Both the position numbers and the translations under genes were made by a program. The notes beneath the pieces were generated by a model. The model was not told where the DNA came from. It did no database searches and saw nothing but the letters and a program-made list of their open reading frames with translations. From the NCBI GenBank assembly GCA_963766735.1, contig CAVYBU010000004.1, positions 32,001 to 96,000 of the forward strand: a stretch of 64,000 nucleotides of DNA, read 5' to 3'. How positions within the stretch are numbered: position 1 is the first letter of the stretch; each line of letters begins with the position of its first letter. Positions 58,903 to 64,000 of this stretch are shown one piece after another. Source of the DNA: an uncultured Chloroflexia bacterium. GTDB taxonomy: Bacteria > Chloroflexota > Limnocylindria > Limnocylindrales > CSP1-4.

Positions 58903-61120
58903 CCGCCTGGTCGTGGTCGCGAACCGACTGCCCCTCACCGTGCGGCGGACCGGTGGGCGGTGGCATGGTGAGCGAAGCAGCGGCGGGCTCGTCGCGGCGC
59001 TCTCGCCGGTCCTGGAGCGGGTCGAGGGCCTGTGGATCGGCTGGCCGGGCGATGCCCTCTCGGGCGATCTCACGGGACGGGCAGAGCTCCTGGAGTCGCT
59101 GGAGCGCGAGCAGTCGCTCGCGTCCGTGGACCTGCCCCCGAAGATCAGCCGGGCGTTCTACGAGGGATACAGCAACAACACCCTGTGGCCGCTCCTGCAC
59201 GGGTTCCCGTCCCGGGTGACGTTCGATCGGGAGGCCTACCATGCCTATCGTGACGCGAACGGCCGGTTTGCAGCCGCCGTGCTGGACCGGCTTCGGCCGG
59301 ACGACCTCGTCTGGGTGCACGACTACCAGCTCATGCTCGTGCCGAACCTCCTCCGCGAGCAGCGGCCCGACGTGCGCGTCGCGTTCTTCCTCCACATCCC
59401 GTTCCCGCCGCCGGAGGTCTTCCGGATCCTTCCCCAGCGCGAGGAGCTCCTGACCGGGCTGCTCGGAGCGGACGTCATCGGCTTCCAGACGCACGAGCAC
59501 CTCGGGGCCTTCCGACGGGCCCTCCTGCAGGTCCTGGGCATCGAGAGCCGCATGGATCGGGTCGAGATCGACGGACGAACCGTCGCGCTGGAGGCTCGGC
59601 CGATCGGGATCGTGCCCGACGAATGGGAGCGGCTCGTGACCGCCGACGCCGATGTTGCCCGCCGGATCCGCGAGATCCATGGCCGCCACGCCGGGCGGAA
59701 GCTCGTCTTCGCCGTCGACCGCCTTGACTACACGAAAGGGATCCCGGAGCGTCTCCGCACGTTCCACCATTTCCTGGTCTCGCGGCCGGAATGGCGGGGC
59801 AAGGTGACGCTGATCCAGGTGGCCGTCCCGTCGCGAGAGCGGATCGCGAGGTACGCGGCGCTTCGGCGCGAAGTCAACGAGGTGGTCGGCGAGATCAACG
59901 GCGAGCTCGGTACCGCGGAGTGGAATCCCATCATCTACCTCCGCCGCTCGGTGTCGCGTGCGGAGCTTGCAGCCTTGTATGCGGCCGCAGACGTCGGCTG
60001 GGTCGCGTCGCTCCGGGACGGCATGAACCTCGTGGCCAAGGAGTTCGTGGCCTGCCAGCAGGACCGGGCGGGGGTCCTGCTGCTGAGCGAGTTCGCGGGC
60101 GCGGCCGGTGAGATGGGCGAAGCGATCCGGGTCAATCCCTACGATGAGACCGGCTCCGCCGCTGCGCTCGAGCGAGCTCTGACGATGACCGACGAGGAGC
60201 GCCGGGAGCGGCAGGAGGCCCTGCTGTATCGCGTCCGCCAGAACAGCGCGGTCGCCTGGGCGGAGCGATCCGTGGCGGACCTCGAGCGGACCGTCGCCGA
60301 GCGGAGCCTGAGCCCCGGGGCAATCCCAGCTCCTCCGATCGTGGAGATCCGTCGCGCCTACCGGGCCGCGGCTCACCGCGCCTGCTATCTCGACTACGAC
60401 GGCACCCTCACCCCCCTCGTTGCCCGCCCGGCCGATGCGGTACCCGGGCCGGCGGTCGTCGACATCGTCACGGCGTTGGCGCGCAACCGAAAGACGACGC
60501 TCGTCATCGTCTCGGGCCGGCCCGCCGCAGATCTCGAACGCTGGTTCGGCCACGTCGAGGGGGCATGGCTTGCAGCGGAGCACGGGGCCCTGCTCCGGGA
60601 GCCCGGAGGACACGATTGGCGCCCGCTTCGACCGGGAGCCGACAACGAGTGGAAGTCCCGCGTTCGACCGGTGCTGGACCACTTTGCCGAGCGCGCCCCG
60701 GGGAGCAGGGTCGAGGAGAAGGAGTACGCGCTGGCCTGGCACTTCCGGCTGGTCGAACGGGAGTTCGGCGACTGGCTGGCGAACGAGCTCGCGGTGGCGC
60801 TCGACCAGCAGCTGGCTGGCACCGAGCTCGCCGTGCTCCGCGGCAACAAGGTCGTCGAGGTCCGTTTCGCGTGGGCGAACAAGGGCGAGGTGGCCGCTCA
60901 CGTCCGTGCGGCAGGTCCAACGCCGGCGTTCGAGATCGCGATCGGCGATGACCGGACGGACGAAGACCTGTTCGAGCGCCTCCCCGAGGAGGCCTACACG
61001 ATCCGCGTCGGGCCCGGCTCCACCAGGGCGCGCTTCCGCATCGCCGGTCCGGAGGCTGTGATCGGGCTGCTGGCCAGCATCGTCGCCCGGCGCACCGGGG
61101 GCGCCGCTCCAGGTCCCTGA
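58895..61120 (+). CDS. Bifunctional trehalose-6-phosphate synthase/phosphatase (OtsA-OtsB fusion)
   Basis: [45 protein letters not shown]; HAD domain [21 protein letters not shown]. Confidence 0.93.
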   Translation: MADRLVVVANRLPLTVRRTGGRWHGERSSGGLVAALSPVLERVEGLWIGWPGDALSGDLTGRAELLESLEREQSLASVDLPPKISRAFYEGYSNNTLWPLLHGFPSRVTFDREAYHAYRDANGRFAAAVLDRLRPDDLVWVHDYQLMLVPNLLREQRPDVRVAFFLHIPFPPPEVFRILPQREELLTGLLGADVIGFQTHEHLGAFRRALLQVLGIESRMDRVEIDGRTVALEARPIGIVPDEWERLVTADADVARRIREIHGRHAGRKLVFAVDRLDYTKGIPERLRTFHHFLVSRPEWRGKVTLIQVAVPSRERIARYAALRREVNEVVGEINGELGTAEWNPIIYLRRSVSRAELAALYAAADVGWVASLRDGMNLVAKEFVACQQDRAGVLLLSEFAGAAGEMGEAIRVNPYDETGSAAALERALTMTDEERRERQEALLYRVRQNSAVAWAERSVADLERTVAERSLSPGAIPAPPIVEIRRAYRAAAHRACYLDYDGTLTPLVARPADAVPGPAVVDIVTALARNRKTTLVIVSGRPAADLERWFGHVEGAWLAAEHGALLREPGGHDWRPLRPGADNEWKSRVRPVLDHFAERAPGSRVEEKEYALAWHFRLVEREFGDWLANELAVALDQQLAGTELAVLRGNKVVEVRFAWANKGEVAAHVRAAGPTPAFEIAIGDDRTDEDLFERLPEEAYTIRVGPGSTRARFRIAGPEAVIGLLASIVARRTGGAAPGP

Positions 61121-61129
61121 ACATGCAGA

Positions 61130-61164
61130 AGCCGGCCCCGGACCCGAGGGTCGCGAGGCCGGCT
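61130..61164. terminator. Hairpin between convergent operons
   Basis: AGCCGGCC ... GGCCGGCT. Confidence 0.45.
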
Positions 61165-61178
61165 CCGTGCGGCAGGTC

Positions 61179-62705
61179 CTAGGAGTTGCCGGGGAAGACC
61201 AGGCTCAGCGGCCCCTGCTTGCCGGGCTCGGGCCAGCGCTCGGTGACCATCTTCTGCTGGGTGAAGAAGCGGACACCGTCCTCACCGCGCATGGCCATGT
61301 CGCCGATCGCCGATTCCTTGGCGCCCGAGAAGCTCATGTAGCCGGCCGGGACCGGGATCGGCACGTTGACGCCGATCATCGGGACCTCGACCTCGAGCTT
61401 GAACCGCCGGGCCGCGCCGCCGTCGGTCGTGAACACCGCGGTGCCGTTGGCGTACTTGTGGTCGTTGATGAGCTTGAGGCCTTCCTCGAACGTGTCGGCG
61501 TACACGATTCCGAAGACCGGGCCGAAGATCTCCTCCTGGTAGACCTGCATGCTCGGGGTGACGTGGTCGAACAGCGTCACGCCGAGGAAGAAGCCATCGG
61601 GATTGGGACCCTCGAACGTCCGGCCGTCGACCAGGAGCTCGGCTCCCTCCGCCTCGCCGACGCCGATCCACTTGATGATCGACTCGCGGTGGTCGTTGCT
61701 GTAGATCGGGCCCATGTCGACGCCCGCGTCCATGCCGTTGCCGATCTTGAGCCGTGCGATCCGCTCCATGATCTTGGGCTTGAGGCGCTCGCCGGTGTCG
61801 CCGACCGCGATCAGCAACGTCTGGGCCATGCAACGCTCGCCGGCGGAGCCGAAGCCCGCCGCGACCGCCGCGTCCGCGGCAAGATCCATGTCCGCGTCCG
61901 GCAGGACGAGCATCGCGTTCTTGGCGCTGGTGTAGGACCCGACGCGCTTGCCGCGCTTGGTCCCCTCCTCGTAGACATACCGGCCGACGGCCGTGGAGCC
62001 GACGAACTGGATCGCGCGGATGTCCTCGTGCTCGACGATCGCCTTGACCGCCTCCCGGCCCCCATAGACGACGTTCAAGGTGCCGTCGGGGCCACCGGCC
62101 TGCGTCCACAGCTCGGCCTGGAGCTGCGTGGCGCCGGGCGTGTGGGAGGACGGCTTGAAGACGACCGTGTTCCCGCACATCAGGGCGATCGGGTAGATCC
62201 AGGTCGGGACCATCACCGGGAAGTTGAACGGCGTGATCGCCGCCACCACGCCCAGCGGCTGGCGCAACGTGAACGCGTCCACGTTGGTGGAGACATTGGG
62301 GCTCATCATGCCGGCCAGGTGGCCCGGCAGGCCGCACGCGAAGTCCACGGTCTCCAGGCCGCGGAGGACCTCGGCCAGGGCATCCGGGAAGGTCTTGCCG
62401 TGGTCGCGCGTGATGAGCGCGGCCAGCTCTTCGCGATGCTCGTACATGAGGCCGCGGAACGCGAAGAAGATGTTGGAGCGGGCGATGAGCGGCATGTCGC
62501 GCCAGGCCGGGAAGGCAGCCTTCGCAGCGGCCACCGCCTGGTCGACCTCTGCCACGCCACCGCGCGGCACGCGGGCGAAGACCTGACCGGTCGCCGGGTT
62601 GGTGATGGGGCCGGTCTGGTCGGGCAGGACCTCGACGGCCGTGCCGTTGATCCAGTGCGAGAGGATCGGCAGGACCGCCGTCTGGTCAGGAGTTTCGATC
62701 GCCAC
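61179..62705 (-). CDS. iolA: CoA-acylating (methyl)malonate-semialdehyde dehydrogenase
   Basis: ITPFNFP, FVGST, AKN, GSAGERCMA, EEIFGP, GVNVPIPVP. Confidence 0.92.
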   Translation of the reverse strand: MAIETPDQTAVLPILSHWINGTAVEVLPDQTGPITNPATGQVFARVPRGGVAEVDQAVAAAKAAFPAWRDMPLIARSNIFFAFRGLMYEHREELAALITRDHGKTFPDALAEVLRGLETVDFACGLPGHLAGMMSPNVSTNVDAFTLRQPLGVVAAITPFNFPVMVPTWIYPIALMCGNTVVFKPSSHTPGATQLQAELWTQAGGPDGTLNVVYGGREAVKAIVEHEDIRAIQFVGSTAVGRYVYEEGTKRGKRVGSYTSAKNAMLVLPDADMDLAADAAVAAGFGSAGERCMAQTLLIAVGDTGERLKPKIMERIARLKIGNGMDAGVDMGPIYSNDHRESIIKWIGVGEAEGAELLVDGRTFEGPNPDGFFLGVTLFDHVTPSMQVYQEEIFGPVFGIVYADTFEEGLKLINDHKYANGTAVFTTDGGAARRFKLEVEVPMIGVNVPIPVPAGYMSFSGAKESAIGDMAMRGEDGVRFFTQQKMVTERWPEPGKQGPLSLVFPGNS

Positions 62706-62752
62706 GTGCTGTGCCTCCGGTGTGATGTGGGTCCGAGAGATGGAGTTTCGGG

Positions 62753-63847
62753 TCAGGCCGGCTTGACGTCCGGGTTCGGCAGGACGATGTCGCGTACGAC
62801 GGCCTGGAGATCATGGTACGACGAGACGAAGCCGCGCAGCGTGCGCGCGGTGGCTCCGAAGCCCTCGAACTCCGCGGGCACCATGCCATCGGGCTCGTAG
62901 GCGCGGACGAAATCCGGGACCCGGCGCTGCAGATCGTCGATGAGCTGGGGATCGACGGGGACGTCGATCCGGCTGGCGGGCTCGATGCCCGAGGCGTTGA
63001 ACCGGACCTGCCAGGGGTACGGCATCGTGAGGACGACGTCGCCGCCCACGAGCTCGGTCCAATGGAGCCGGTGGCGGTACGCCGCCGCCAGCAGCCGGGT
63101 CCGGTACCCGCGTTCCTGGAAGATGCCGTAGGCGCGCTTGAACGCGGCGATGCCCGCCCAGTTGGCGGCAGACGGGTCGAGGGCGATGCTGTCCTTCTCG
63201 ACGAGCACCTTGATCCAGTCGTCCAGGCGCCCGATCATCAGCGAGCAGACCGGGCTGAACCGGCTGGTGTCGCCGCCAGCCTGCTCGTACCGGCGCAGGC
63301 CCCGCTCCACCGCCTCGGCCGCAGCGATGCACTGGGCAACGGTGAAGACAACCGTGACGTTGGCAACGACGCCCCGCGCCGTGGCGTCCTCCACGGCCTG
63401 GAGGCCGGCTGCAGTACACGGAAACTTGACCTGGATGTTCGGAGCCAGGGTGCTGAAGTGGACCGCCTGCTCGACCATGCGGTCGGGGGTGCGGTAGTTG
63501 GCAGGGTTCGTCTGCAGCGACAGCCTGCCCTTGCGGCCGTCCTCCTGCTCGAACACCGGCGCCAGGACCCCGGCGCCACGAGCGCCCATCTCCTCGATCA
63601 GCGCCCAGGTGAGCTCGACCTCGGACCAGGTGGGGTTGGCGGCCGCCATCTCGCGGACGCGCGGCACCCAGTGGTCCTTCTCCTTCTTCATCACCTCGAC
63701 CACGATCACGGGGTTCGAGGTGGCGCCGGTCCCGCCGCGCTCGACGGCGTAGGCGAGCTCTGCGATCGCGCAGGAGTCGTTCCAGAAGTCGGTGGGCGTC
63801 TGCTCCACCATGCGGGATAGCGGGCTGTTGACCGTGATCAGGGTCAT
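62753..63847 (-). CDS. Atypical transaldolase-family protein, copy 2
   Basis: WNDS, GATSNP, QVKFP, NVT; ATGA-coupled to iolB and directly upstream of iolA. Confidence 0.85.
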   Translation of the reverse strand: MTLITVNSPLSRMVEQTPTDFWNDSCAIAELAYAVERGGTGATSNPVIVVEVMKKEKDHWVPRVREMAAANPTWSEVELTWALIEEMGARGAGVLAPVFEQEDGRKGRLSLQTNPANYRTPDRMVEQAVHFSTLAPNIQVKFPCTAAGLQAVEDATARGVVANVTVVFTVAQCIAAAEAVERGLRRYEQAGGDTSRFSPVCSLMIGRLDDWIKVLVEKDSIALDPSAANWAGIAAFKRAYGIFQERGYRTRLLAAAYRHRLHWTELVGGDVVLTMPYPWQVRFNASGIEPASRIDVPVDPQLIDDLQRRVPDFVRAYEPDGMVPAEFEGFGATARTLRGFVSSYHDLQAVVRDIVLPNPDVKPA

Positions 63848-64000
63848 CGGGTGGCGTCCTCCGTGGCCGCAACGGGTGCGGCCGGATCCCAGTTCATCAA
63901 CCAGGCGTGGTCGGGGTCGAGCGTGAAGTACCAGGCTCGGTTGGGGCCGGCCATCACGTTGAGGTAGTAGCAGTCGTACCCATGGGGCGCACCCACCGGG
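63844..64000 (-). CDS. iolB: 5-deoxy-glucuronate isomerase, C-terminal fragment (truncated by the window edge)
   Basis: Hand translation PVGAPHGYDCYYLNVMAGPNRAWYFTLDPDHAW... matches the IolB C-terminal motif; absent from the ORF track. Confidence 0.85.
   Translation of the reverse strand, partial: PVGAPHGYDCYYLNVMAGPNRAWYFTLDPDHAWLMNWDPAAPVAATEDATR

Overview
High-GC (roughly 70% by eye) bacterial chromosomal segment; a soil/aquatic Chloroflexota or Actinobacteria-like organism is my inference, not something the sequence proves. It has four blocks. (1) 1-6 kb: ABC exporters and a GGDEF-EAL protein. (2) 6-28 kb: four minus-strand helicases (UvrD2-HRDC, RqlH-type RecQ-PRTase, an AdnB/AddB-like helicase-nuclease and a NERD-SF1 helicase) interleaved with at least six toxin-antitoxin modules, an SRA-like/HNH nuclease, a candidate novel ART-like toxin/partner pair and a diverged duplicated junction. 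Several genes here carry single-base frameshifts. (3) 32-38 kb: a cobalamin-riboswitch-controlled cobinamide uptake/salvage operon (btuFCD-cobS-cobC-cobU-cobT). (4) 38-64 kb: a large inositol/cyclitol catabolic region with duplicated iolD and iolE-like genes, three Gfo/Idh/MocA dehydrogenases, iolA, partial iolB, a sugar ABC importer, IclR and LacI regulators with five shared operator palindromes, and a URO-D/MtaA-family protein. A trehalose operon (DUF5752-treT-TPS/TPP) interrupts it. The most striking observation is that two atypical transaldolase-family genes sit where the kinase IolC and aldolase IolJ would be expected (iolD-tal and iolB-tal-iolA), suggesting a kinase-independent inositol breakdown route. 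No rRNA, tRNA, CRISPR array, integrase or transposase was recognised.
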